From an uncultured Gemmatimonadales bacterium (lineage in GTDB: Bacteria > Gemmatimonadota > Gemmatimonadetes > Longimicrobiales > RSA9): a stretch of DNA of 64,000 bases. Positions 49,815-58,181 of this stretch are shown in pieces. The stretch is from positions 544,001 to 608,000 of the forward strand of contig CAWCRS010000005.1 of NCBI GenBank assembly GCA_963798085.1. The letters run 5' to 3'. The notes beneath the pieces are model-generated. The model made no database searches, had not been told where the DNA came from, and was given only the letters and a program-made list of their open reading frames with translations. Position numbers and translations under genes: made by a program. Numbering within the stretch: position 1 is the stretch's first letter; the number at the start of each line of letters is the position of its first letter.

Positions 49815-50894
49815 ATGCACATCGCACAACACCGCTGCGTCGTAATCGGAACCATGGTGATCGCGCTGGCGGCGCTCCGTTCGGGCGGCGCCGCGCAGCA
49901 GACCGCGCTGCCCTGCTCCGAGCTGGCCCAGATTCTCGGCGGCTCGCCGGCAACGTCCGGCAATGTGTGCAAGGTCAACCTGCCACGCGTGGATCTGCAG
50001 GTTACACTGCTGGGTGCCACACTGCCGCCGGGCGCGGGCCTCACTTCATGGGCAGCGTTTCTACCCGCCGCGGACGGCGCCCTCGTCATGGGCGACCTGG
50101 CTCTCACGACAACCGAGCTGTCCAGCGTGCTGCGCGGACTGCGCGACGGCGGCTTCAATGTCACCGCCGTGCACCGCCACATGCTGGATGAGACGCCACC
50201 CATGAGCTTCGCCCACTACATGGGTCATGGTGACGCGCGCGACCTCGCGCACAAGCTGCGCCTCGCGCTCGGTGCGCCCACCCCGCCCTCGCCGTTTCCC
50301 GGCAGCATTGGGGAGCGCGGCGTGGTCAGCGGTGTGCCGTGCGGCGCGATTCAGAAGCTGCTCGGTGCCGGTGACAGTGGCACGGACGCGGGCGCCGGCT
50401 TCTGCAAGATCACGCTTCCGCGCAGCGACCTTGCCGTGACCCTGAACGGAACGGCGCTGCCGCCGGCCATGGGTGTTGCCAGCTGGTTCGCGTTTCAGGA
50501 GGTGCCCGATCGCAGCGCCGTGGTGCTCACCGGTGACATGGCGCTCACGGAAGCGCAGGTCAGCAATGCACTGGGCGCAATGGTGCAGGCGGGCGTCGAC
50601 GTCGTGGCGCTGCACAATCACATGACTGGCGAACAGCCGCGCATCGTGTTCTTCCACTTCCAGGCGAGAGGCAACGCCGCCACCCTGGCGCAGGCTGTGC
50701 ACGATGCGCTGCAGGCGTCGCGCCAGGAGCGCCCGCCCGGGAAGGCACCGGCTGCGCGCTTGCTTCAGTTGAGGCGTTCGGGGAATCCCGATTCCCGGAT
50801 GCGGAACCGGTTCCAGGCCTTGCCGTTGCGCACCAGCAGCAGGGCTTCCTGCACGAAGGGGAACGTATTGACGTCGATCAGGGCGCCGTTGTAA
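49815..50894 (+). CDS. Secreted DUF1259 (LppY/LpqO-like) tandem-domain protein; 3' end uncertain
   Basis: GGAGG RBS; two repeats of PR.DL.VT..G..LP...G..SW.AF, GD.AL, A.H.HM..E.P...F.H. Confidence 0.8.
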   Translation: MHIAQHRCVVIGTMVIALAALRSGGAAQQTALPCSELAQILGGSPATSGNVCKVNLPRVDLQVTLLGATLPPGAGLTSWAAFLPAADGALVMGDLALTTTELSSVLRGLRDGGFNVTAVHRHMLDETPPMSFAHYMGHGDARDLAHKLRLALGAPTPPSPFPGSIGERGVVSGVPCGAIQKLLGAGDSGTDAGAGFCKITLPRSDLAVTLNGTALPPAMGVASWFAFQEVPDRSAVVLTGDMALTEAQVSNALGAMVQAGVDVVALHNHMTGEQPRIVFFHFQARGNAATLAQAVHDALQASRQERPPGKAPAARLLQLRRSGNPDSRMRNRFQALPLRTSSRASCTKGNVLTSIRAPL

Positions 50895-51973
50895 CGCGGC
50901 GTTATGGTGCTGAGCGGCGTGTGGCCAATGACGAGCAGGCGGGCATCGAAGCGCTGGAGGACCGCGCTCAGTGCATCCCTGAGCGAATCACCCTGCGCGT
51001 AGTCGCGGTACCAGAAGACGCTGCGCGGACCCCAGAAGAAGTCGTTGCGACGCTCGACCGCGGCGGAGTCCAGCGGCACGGCGTAGGTCGAGTCCGTCCA
51101 GCGGTAGAACAGGTCTTCGCGGGTGTACGCGGCAAGCGTGTCCTCGTACGAATCCAGCGTCCATGCCGCGTAGTCCGTCGATACACCGCCGTGCGCGAAC
51201 AGCACGTCGCCAATGCGCAGCAGCGCGGGCCGCGTGATCAGCCAGCGCCCGAGCACGGAAAGGCGGGGATCGTACAACCGGTCGTAGCCAATGTGGTGGC
51301 GGCGCGCGATCTCTTTCTCCTTGGGCGATACATAGCGCAGGTCGCCCAGCATGATCATGATCTCGTGGTTGCCGAGCACCATGTGCAACCGCCCGCCCGC
51401 GCTCTCCGCCTGCGCCTCGAGCTGGTAGAGCAGCCAGAGCGCGCGCGTCGCGTCGGCGCCCCGATCGAACACGTCGCCCACCACCACCAGCTGCCGCCGG
51501 CCGCCCGTCCATTCCAGGCTGTCACCCACCAGGCCTGCATTGCGCAGCACGCGCACGAGCCGGTCGAACTCGCCATGGATGTCGCTGACGACGTAGATCG
51601 AATCCGCCGCGGGCCATGACACGCGGGGCTTCCCCGCGTCCTGGCGGATGGTCGTCCACCAGCCTCCCGCCGAATCCGGTGCCTCGCCGTAATGCAGTGT
51701 CAGCGGTCGCGCACCGGGATCCCGGAAGACCACCGTGTGCTCGCTGTCCGGCGCCGTCGTCGTGTGCAGGCGGACCCGCCCACCCGTGCTCACATCCAGA
51801 AACCCCGCGACCGGCCGGTTCGTGATCCAGCTCACTGCCAGCGAGTCACCCTGGCGCCGCACCCACAGCCCGTACTCCCCATCAAGCCGGCCCACTGCGT
51901 CCTGTTCCGCCGCCGGCCCTCCTGCCGCCAGACAGAGCGCAACCGCTGCCACATAACCCGCGATTATCTTCAC
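50765..51973 (-). CDS. Secreted Shewanella-like (Shelph) PPP-family metallophosphoesterase
   Basis: Signal peptide MKIIAGYVAAVALCLAAGGPAA; SDIHG, GDVFDRG, GNHE, HGG, GHT, IDV. Confidence 0.88.
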   Translation of the reverse strand: MKIIAGYVAAVALCLAAGGPAAEQDAVGRLDGEYGLWVRRQGDSLAVSWITNRPVAGFLDVSTGGRVRLHTTTAPDSEHTVVFRDPGARPLTLHYGEAPDSAGGWWTTIRQDAGKPRVSWPAADSIYVVSDIHGEFDRLVRVLRNAGLVGDSLEWTGGRRQLVVVGDVFDRGADATRALWLLYQLEAQAESAGGRLHMVLGNHEIMIMLGDLRYVSPKEKEIARRHHIGYDRLYDPRLSVLGRWLITRPALLRIGDVLFAHGGVSTDYAAWTLDSYEDTLAAYTREDLFYRWTDSTYAVPLDSAAVERRNDFFWGPRSVFWYRDYAQGDSLRDALSAVLQRFDARLLVIGHTPLSTITPRYNGALIDVNTFPFVQEALLLVRNGKAWNRFRIRESGFPERLN

Positions 51974-52081
51974 CCGTCAGTCCTCTGCACCACGTCCTCG
52001 AGCATGGTCCACATCTCATACACCACCCCGACAACCATCCGTCATCGGTTCCCGAGCAACGAACTCGCCAACAACGCCGTT

Positions 52082-52132
52082 GAATCCGTTTCCGTAATCC
52101 CCGGCCCGAGCCCCAGCCCCAGCTCCAGCAAC
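52082..52132 (-). repeat. G-rich dispersed repeat, copy 3
   Basis: Minus strand GTTGCTGGAGCTGGGGCTGGGGCTCGGGCCGGGGATTACGGAAACGGATTC, 3 nt after the kinase-like gene stop. Confidence 0.65.
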
Positions 52133-52135
52133 CTT

Positions 52136-53083
52136 CTAGAAAACAGCGATCTTGCCCTTGTCGATATCTGCCAGCAGGCTCTGCAGCCTCGATTCGACGC
52201 CCCGGATTTCGCGGGTCGTGAGGCCGAACTGCACCACCTTTCCCGAACGTCGTACTCCGCGGCCTTCGCCCAGGTTCGCGCCGCGCGCCACGGGCGCCAG
52301 CTGATCGCCCTGAATCTCGAACTGCACGAGGACGCCCAGCCCGTCACGCAGCTGCTCCGGCGTGATGGCGCGCAGTCGCGCCACCGTGGCGCGTGGCAGG
52401 CGGGGCACGCGAATGTTGCGCCATTCGTAGCCCCGGTCGCTGGCCTGGCTCTCGAATGCCAGACCGTTGTCCACGGAGAAGACACGCGGCAGTGTCGCAC
52501 TCTGGGAGAGGAGGAAATTGCCGACATTCGAGTCGTTGTGGTGAATCAGGTAGGTAAGGATGTTGAAATCGCCGAGGTGACGCGCGTAGACCGTATCGCG
52601 TTGGGCCCGGTTCCTGTCGTAGAAGTTGTCCGGCGAAACCTGCAGCAACCAGTACTGCAGCACCACCACAACGGACTGCGCGCCGTCGAACGTGGCTTCG
52701 GCGGCAGCATCGTATTGTTGCAGCCACGTCAGGGGCACTGCGCGCACGACCGTCGGCGGAACGGCGTAGTCCCCGGGATCCAGGAACAGGCGCTGTATCT
52801 CGTACGCGGCCAGCTCGTAGCGCGGCTCGTTGTTGAACGCGGTCCCGCCCACCGGCGCGCGCGCCAGCTTCGCCACCAAAACGCTGCTGTCGGCGAACTG
52901 CAGCGTGATGCGCTGCGTGCGATCGCCCTGGGCCCGTGAGCCGCGCACATCCAGAATGTTCAACGGAGCCGAACGCAGGCGTGCCTCGATGCTGTCGACT
53001 GCGATCAGGTAGTTGGCATCCTGTGCCCGGCCGTTGGCGGGCAGCACCGACAACAGAGCCGCGGCCAGCAGTGTGCGCTTCAT
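52136..53083 (-). CDS. Secreted atypical kinase-fold protein (PI4KII/Fam20/HipA-like)
   Basis: Signal peptide MKRTLLAAALLSVLPANGRA-Q; LVAK, YELAAY, VPPTVVR, LQYW, YLIHHNDSNVGNFLL, VDNGLAF. Confidence 0.72.
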   Translation of the reverse strand: MKRTLLAAALLSVLPANGRAQDANYLIAVDSIEARLRSAPLNILDVRGSRAQGDRTQRITLQFADSSVLVAKLARAPVGGTAFNNEPRYELAAYEIQRLFLDPGDYAVPPTVVRAVPLTWLQQYDAAAEATFDGAQSVVVVLQYWLLQVSPDNFYDRNRAQRDTVYARHLGDFNILTYLIHHNDSNVGNFLLSQSATLPRVFSVDNGLAFESQASDRGYEWRNIRVPRLPRATVARLRAITPEQLRDGLGVLVQFEIQGDQLAPVARGANLGEGRGVRRSGKVVQFGLTTREIRGVESRLQSLLADIDKGKIAVF

Positions 53084-53875
53084 GATGCGCCTCCGGTTTC
53101 CAGTTTGAGCGGCAGGAACACCGTGAACGTCGATCCCTGTCCCTGCACGCTGCGTACGCTGATGCGCCCGCAATGCCGGTCGATCACCTGGCGCACGATC
53201 AGCAGCCCCAGACCCATGCCCACGCGTTCGCCCTTGGTGGAGAACCCCGGCTCGAAGATGCTGGCCAGGTCCTTGTCCGCGATGCCGTTGCCCGAGTCTT
53301 CGATCTCGACCTGCACCCCGCCGGGCGCCGCCTGCGTGCGCACGGTGATGCGTCCCCTGCCCTGGATGGCCTGCGCCGCGTTCACCAGCAGGTTCATGAA
53401 AACCTGCCCGACCTGCTGCGGATAACACGCGATCAGCGGCACATCGCCGTACTCACGCACGACCTCGACGCGGTCGCGCAGTTCGTGATTCAGGATGGTG
53501 AGCGCACCATCGATGGAAGCGCGCACATCAATGTGATCCAGTTGCGCTCGATCCGGCCGGCCGAACGTGCGCAGACTCGTCACCAGCTGCACCATGCGCT
53601 CGACCGCCAGGTGATTCACCTTCATGATGCCATTGAGCGCGGACACAATACGGCGCACTTCGTCCAGCTCGGATGGCTCCACTACATCATCGGCGAGAAT
53701 CGCGTGCAGGCGGGAGAGCGCGCGGCGCAGCACGTCATCGATTGCTGTGCAGCGCGCCCAGCGGCGTGTTCAGCTCGTGCGCGATGCCGGCAACGAGCGC
53801 GCCCAGCGTGGCCGTCTTGGCCGCATTGACCTGTTCGGCCAGGGCGTCGGCGTTCTCCTCGCCCGGCGCGGGCAT
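53080..53875 (-). CDS. Sensorless NtrB-like histidine kinase (frameshift ~53738)
   Basis: H-box LGALVAGIAHELNTPLG; QVFMNLLVNAAQA, DSGNGI, FEPGFSTK, GMGLGL; no sensor or TM domain. Confidence 0.82.
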
Positions 53876-54354
53876 CAGAGAAAGGCCCGGATCAGACGGC
53901 GGCGCATCTCCAGCAGTTCGACATTGGCGGACTCGAGCGCGCTGAGACGGGCATCCAGCTCGTTCACGAGAGAGGACCGCTCCACGCCATTGCGGATGAC
54001 CAGGCTGAGCCGGTCGTTGTCCCACGGCTTCTCGAGGTAGTAGTAGAGGCCCACCTCGTTGATGGCGCGGATCGCGTTCTCCACGTCCGCATAGCCGGTC
54101 AGCAGCACGCGCGAGGTGTGGGGCCGTATCTCCCTCGCCTTGCGCAGGAATTCGATGCCGTCCATCTCCGGCATCATGAAGTCGGAGACGATGACGTCGA
54201 TGCGTTCGCTGCCCAGCTGTTCGAGCGCCTTGTGCGGCGAATTGCAGGAAATGACGCGGTACGCTGTCTCCAGCTCGAGAAAGCTGCGCAGCGCCGTGAG
54301 CACCATTTCCTCGTCGTCGACGAGGAGAATCACGGGCGTGTGTGCATCAGCCAT
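53875..54354 (-). CDS. Receiver-domain response regulator with short coiled coil
   Basis: LLVDDE, SDFMMPEMDG, LLTGY, EKPW. Confidence 0.9.
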   Translation of the reverse strand: MADAHTPVILLVDDEEMVLTALRSFLELETAYRVISCNSPHKALEQLGSERIDVIVSDFMMPEMDGIEFLRKAREIRPHTSRVLLTGYADVENAIRAINEVGLYYYLEKPWDNDRLSLVIRNGVERSSLVNELDARLSALESANVELLEMRRRLIRAFL

Positions 54355-54371
54355 GGTGCTGCCGTCCGTGT

Positions 54372-57300
54372 TCAGGCGACCAGCGACCGGATGCGCCGCG
54401 CCAGCCCCTGCAGCAGCCCGAGCGCAAGTTCCGGGTGATCGGATACCAGGTCATTGAACTCCTCGCGCCGGATGCGCAGCACATGGGTGTTCTCGGTGGC
54501 GCGCGCTTCCACGAGGCTGGGCGATTCATCGATCAGCGCCCAGGTGCCGAACGCGCCGCCCTCATTCACCACCATCTCTCCACCCACTCCGCGCAATTCC
54601 ACGGCGCCGCGGGTCACGACGTACAATGCCTCCGTCGGCTCGCCCTCGCGGATCAGCACGGTGCCGCGCTCCACAGCCAGGTCTTCCGCAATGCTGGCGA
54701 GCAGGGCGAGATGGGCGCTGCGCGCGTCCTTCAGCAGATCGACACGCTGGAAGAGGAAGACGGTTTCGATGAGATCCATGCGCTGCGCTTGTGTGCCCTG
54801 ACGTTCGGGGACCCGCTCGAGCTTGCGCCGCGCCGCGGCGGCACAGGCCGCGACCCACGGATCGCTGTCGCTCTCGAGACGGCGCAGCGCCTCGGCCGCA
54901 TGGCCGCGGGACGGGCCACCGGCCTCGGGCTGCAGAATAGGCTGCAGTTCCCGGAAAAGCGAGTAACCGACGGTCTGCTCCAGCCACTCGATTGCGTTTG
55001 CGCGGGCAATCGTGCTCCCGCTCAGCGCGAGATAACAGCGGTATATGTCATCCGGCGGAAAGATCAGACCCAGGCAGCGAAAACCGCCTTCACACCGCTC
55101 GCGCCAGGCATCGGCCAGCGCGCCGCGCGTCAGACTCACGATGCCGCCATCTTCGCCCACGCTTTGCAGGCTGGCGCGCGCCGTGGCGTAGCGATCCGCC
55201 ACCGCCACTTCCCGCCGCACCACTTCCAGCGCCAGCTGCGTGTCGAACACGAGATCGCTGTGCTGCGCGCGCAGCTTGCTCAATGCCTTGATGATTCTGT
55301 AGTCGAGCAGCTGTTCGGTTTCGGGCGCGAGCACCGCGCGCAACAGAGTGTTTACAGTCTCCGCACAGGGGATCCTGGCGAGCACGGAGGGCAGTGCCCG
55401 GCGCACCAGTGGATGGGCGCGCGTGTCCAGCAGCTGCGCCGCGAGCGGCGCGATGGCCGAGGGTCCCAGCGCGGCCAGCGCGGTGCGCGCCGCGGCGCGC
55501 GTGTCCGGTCGCGCCAGCGCCGCGATGAGGCGGGGCTGCGAGCGCTGCAGCCCCATCCGGCCCGCGGCCAGCAGCGCGGTCGATGCGACGGCGGGTTCCG
55601 GATCATCCAGCAGCTGCTCGACCGCGCGCTCGGCCTCGGCATCACCGGGCAGCGCGCTCGCCGCCAGTGCCAGCTCGGCGCGCTCCGCCGCGTCAGCCGG
55701 GCGCGCCGTTGCCAGGCGCAACGGATAGCGCCGGCGGATCGCGTCCCTGTCGTACCCGGGCACATCGCCCCGCGCAATGCACGACAGCACCGCCGTGCGC
55801 ACAGCGGCCTGCTCCGAGCTCAGCAGCTCCTCGAGCGCCTTGCCGTTGTCCGATGCCGCGAGAAACGCACGCACCGCCGCTTCCCGCACGGCGGGCGATA
55901 CATCGAGCAGGCGGGCGCGAATGCGCGCGCTCTCCACCGCGTGCGGAAAGCGCTCCAGCAGCACCAGTGCGCGCGCGCGAATCTCAGCGGACGGATGCTG
56001 CAGCAGCCGGTTCAGCTCCAGCGCCAGTCCCTCCTCATCACGCAGCGGTGATTCACTGATGAGGTCGAGTGCGAAGGCAACCTGCAGCGGGTCGTCTGAA
56101 CCGAGCGCCCGCCGCACCAGCGGCCACGTAGTGCCGTCCGCCAGCGAGCCGTACAGACCGCGCACGCTCGCGAAGCGGCCCTCGATCGAGCGCGCCAGCA
56201 CGCGCACGTACTGGCGGCGTACGCGCATGCCCAGCGCCAGCCACACCAGCGACAGCAGCATGCCCACGAGCGCGATGCGCCGCTCGCCCATTACCTGCAG
56301 CAGCAGGAAGATGAAACCGGCGGCCGCGGCCTTGCCCAGACCTTCCTCGAGCGCGACGTCGATCCATGTCTTCGCCCTCAGCTTCAATTCCTCCGGCACC
56401 GGCAGGTACAGGATCTCGCGACCGGCGCGCTCCACGGAATAACGCAGTGTTGTCTCGGTGCCCTTGGCGAATACGCCGGCCGCCAGCGTACCGGAGAACG
56501 CGAGCGCGCCGTTGGCCACGAACATGAACGCGGGCAGCATCAGCACGGCGATGCCCACGCCGTAACGGCGCAGCAGCGGCTGCAGCACGGCGAGCATCAG
56601 CAGGGGCAGCCACTGTGTCGCGAAGTTGAACTTGCCCTGGAACGCGCTCACTGCGTCGCGCGTAACGAACGTTTCCTTGGTGAGTGCGTTGAACTGGTAG
56701 TCGACGATCTGCTTCACCAGGATCGTGACCAGCACCATCAGTGCGACGAGCCGGATGTGCGGATCACGCGCCACCTCGCGCAGGCCGCCCGCGGACAGAG
56801 CGCCCTTCGACCTGCGCCGCACAGGCCTCTGCTCCGGGCCGGCGGTGAGCGGCAGCGCCAGGCCGAACAGCACGATGAAGCCGGCCGCGACCAGCAGCAG
56901 GTTGGGCGTGCCCAGTGCGGGCGCGAGAAAGCCGGTCACAGCGCCGCCCGCCGCCGCACCGATGCTGCCGCCGGCAATGAGCATCGGGTACGCACGCTTC
57001 GCGCTGCGCGCGTCCACCATGTACTGCGCGGCCAGAAAGAACTGCGAGACGACAGCCGCCGTGAAGAGATCGTTCCAGCCGTAGAAGATCAGCCCGAACG
57101 CCTTGCTTCCCGGATGGTAGAGTGCGCGGAAGAGCAGCAGGTTGAGCGCGAAGAAGAGCGCCATGCCCGTCACCAGACGGCGCCACGGCACACGCTCGAT
57201 CATGCGCGTGTACGGTGCGACGAACAGTGCCACCGCCGCGCTCACCAGATAGACGCGGTAGAAGTTGGCGCCGCCCAGGCCATCCAGTGCAATGGCGTTC

Positions 57301-57491
57301 TTGATGGGGCGCAGCACACCCACCGCGCACTGCACGAGGAAGAACAACGCCGCCATGGCCAGGAAGCGGCTCGTGGCTGTGCGCCCGGACTGCAGGCGGC
57401 GGGCGTCTCGCGTGTCGCTCAACGTTGCGTGAGAGGGTCGGGTCGGGATTGGTGTGGCCGGAAGTGTGACGCCAATCGCGGGCGGGGTCAA
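54372..57491 (-). CDS. NTT/TLC (Npt1/Npt2)-type nucleotide transporter fused to HEAT repeats and a cNMP-binding-like domain
   Basis: MFS-like TM region with LRPIKNA, SQFF......AKRAYP.L.AGGSIG, VDYQF, LRYSV....REILYLPVP..LK..AK..ID; Ala/Leu/Arg-rich HEAT repeats; C-terminal IREGEP..ALYVV..GAVE..FG.WAL. Confidence 0.82.
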   Translation of the reverse strand: MTPPAIGVTLPATPIPTRPSHATLSDTRDARRLQSGRTATSRFLAMAALFFLVQCAVGVLRPIKNAIALDGLGGANFYRVYLVSAAVALFVAPYTRMIERVPWRRLVTGMALFFALNLLLFRALYHPGSKAFGLIFYGWNDLFTAAVVSQFFLAAQYMVDARSAKRAYPMLIAGGSIGAAAGGAVTGFLAPALGTPNLLLVAAGFIVLFGLALPLTAGPEQRPVRRRSKGALSAGGLREVARDPHIRLVALMVLVTILVKQIVDYQFNALTKETFVTRDAVSAFQGKFNFATQWLPLLMLAVLQPLLRRYGVGIAVLMLPAFMFVANGALAFSGTLAAGVFAKGTETTLRYSVERAGREILYLPVPEELKLRAKTWIDVALEEGLGKAAAAGFIFLLLQVMGERRIALVGMLLSLVWLALGMRVRRQYVRVLARSIEGRFASVRGLYGSLADGTTWPLVRRALGSDDPLQVAFALDLISESPLRDEEGLALELNRLLQHPSAEIRARALVLLERFPHAVESARIRARLLDVSPAVREAAVRAFLAASDNGKALEELLSSEQAAVRTAVLSCIARGDVPGYDRDAIRRRYPLRLATARPADAAERAELALAASALPGDAEAERAVEQLLDDPEPAVASTALLAAGRMGLQRSQPRLIAALARPDTRAAARTALAALGPSAIAPLAAQLLDTRAHPLVRRALPSVLARIPCAETVNTLLRAVLAPETEQLLDYRIIKALSKLRAQHSDLVFDTQLALEVVRREVAVADRYATARASLQSVGEDGGIVSLTRGALADAWRERCEGGFRCLGLIFPPDDIYRCYLALSGSTIARANAIEWLEQTVGYSLFRELQPILQPEAGGPSRGHAAEALRRLESDSDPWVAACAAAARRKLERVPERQGTQAQRMDLIETVFLFQRVDLLKDARSAHLALLASIAEDLAVERGTVLIREGEPTEALYVVTRGAVELRGVGGEMVVNEGGAFGTWALIDESPSLVEARATENTHVLRIRREEFNDLVSDHPELALGLLQGLARRIRSLVA

Positions 57492-57500
57492 TACCCCGGC

Positions 57501-58181
57501 TCATGCCTGAAAGCGGTACCCCACTTTCCAGACGGTGAGAAAATGCTCGGGGTGCGCGGGGTCGCGCTCCAGTTTCTTGCGCAGCTCCTTGATGTGCGAG
57601 TCGACGGTGCGCGTCATCACCAGGCCGCGATGCCCCCAGACATCGCGCAGCAATGTCGCGCGTGACGTTACCGCCCCTTCCTTGCGGATCAGCGCCAGCA
57701 TGAGGTCGTAGGCGCGGGGTGTCAGCGATACGCTCGAGCCTCGCACGCGCACGGCGCGCGACCCGGTTTCCACCTCGACATCGCCGAAGCGGATCACCTC
57801 GCGCGAGCTGCCCGGCGTGGTGCGCCGCCGCAGCAGCGACTTCACCCGTTCCAGCAGCTCCAGCAGGTGGAACGGCTTGGTCACGTACTGGTCCGCGTCC
57901 AGACGGAAGCCGCGCACCTTGTCCTGTTCCTCGCCCAGCGCCGTGAGCATCAGAACGGGCACGACAACGCCTTCCGCCCGCACCTGACGCAGCACCTGAA
58001 AGCCGTCCATGCGCGGCAGCATCGCATCCAGAACAATCAGGTCAGGCGACGCCGCGCGCGCCATTTCCAGTCCCGCGACGCCGTCCTCGGCGTGCAGCAC
58101 TTCGTAGCCTTCCAGCTCGAAATTGTAGCGCAGCCCGGCGGCGAGGTCGGCGTTGTCCTCCACCAGCAGGATGCGCGTCAT
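57501..58181 (-). CDS. OmpR/PhoB-family response regulator
   Basis: ILLVED, LD.MLP.MDG, MLTA, YVTKPF, TRTVDSHI..LRKKLE, TVWKVGYRF. Confidence 0.93.
   Translation of the reverse strand: MTRILLVEDNADLAAGLRYNFELEGYEVLHAEDGVAGLEMARAASPDLIVLDAMLPRMDGFQVLRQVRAEGVVVPVLMLTALGEEQDKVRGFRLDADQYVTKPFHLLELLERVKSLLRRRTTPGSSREVIRFGDVEVETGSRAVRVRGSSVSLTPRAYDLMLALIRKEGAVTSRATLLRDVWGHRGLVMTRTVDSHIKELRKKLERDPAHPEHFLTVWKVGYRFQA

Noticed and set aside
50765..50894. 130-nt convergent overlap of DUF1259 and phosphatase genes as functional antisense
   Set aside because: The DUF1259 tail is low-information read-through; a lost stop or indel is likelier given the error rate
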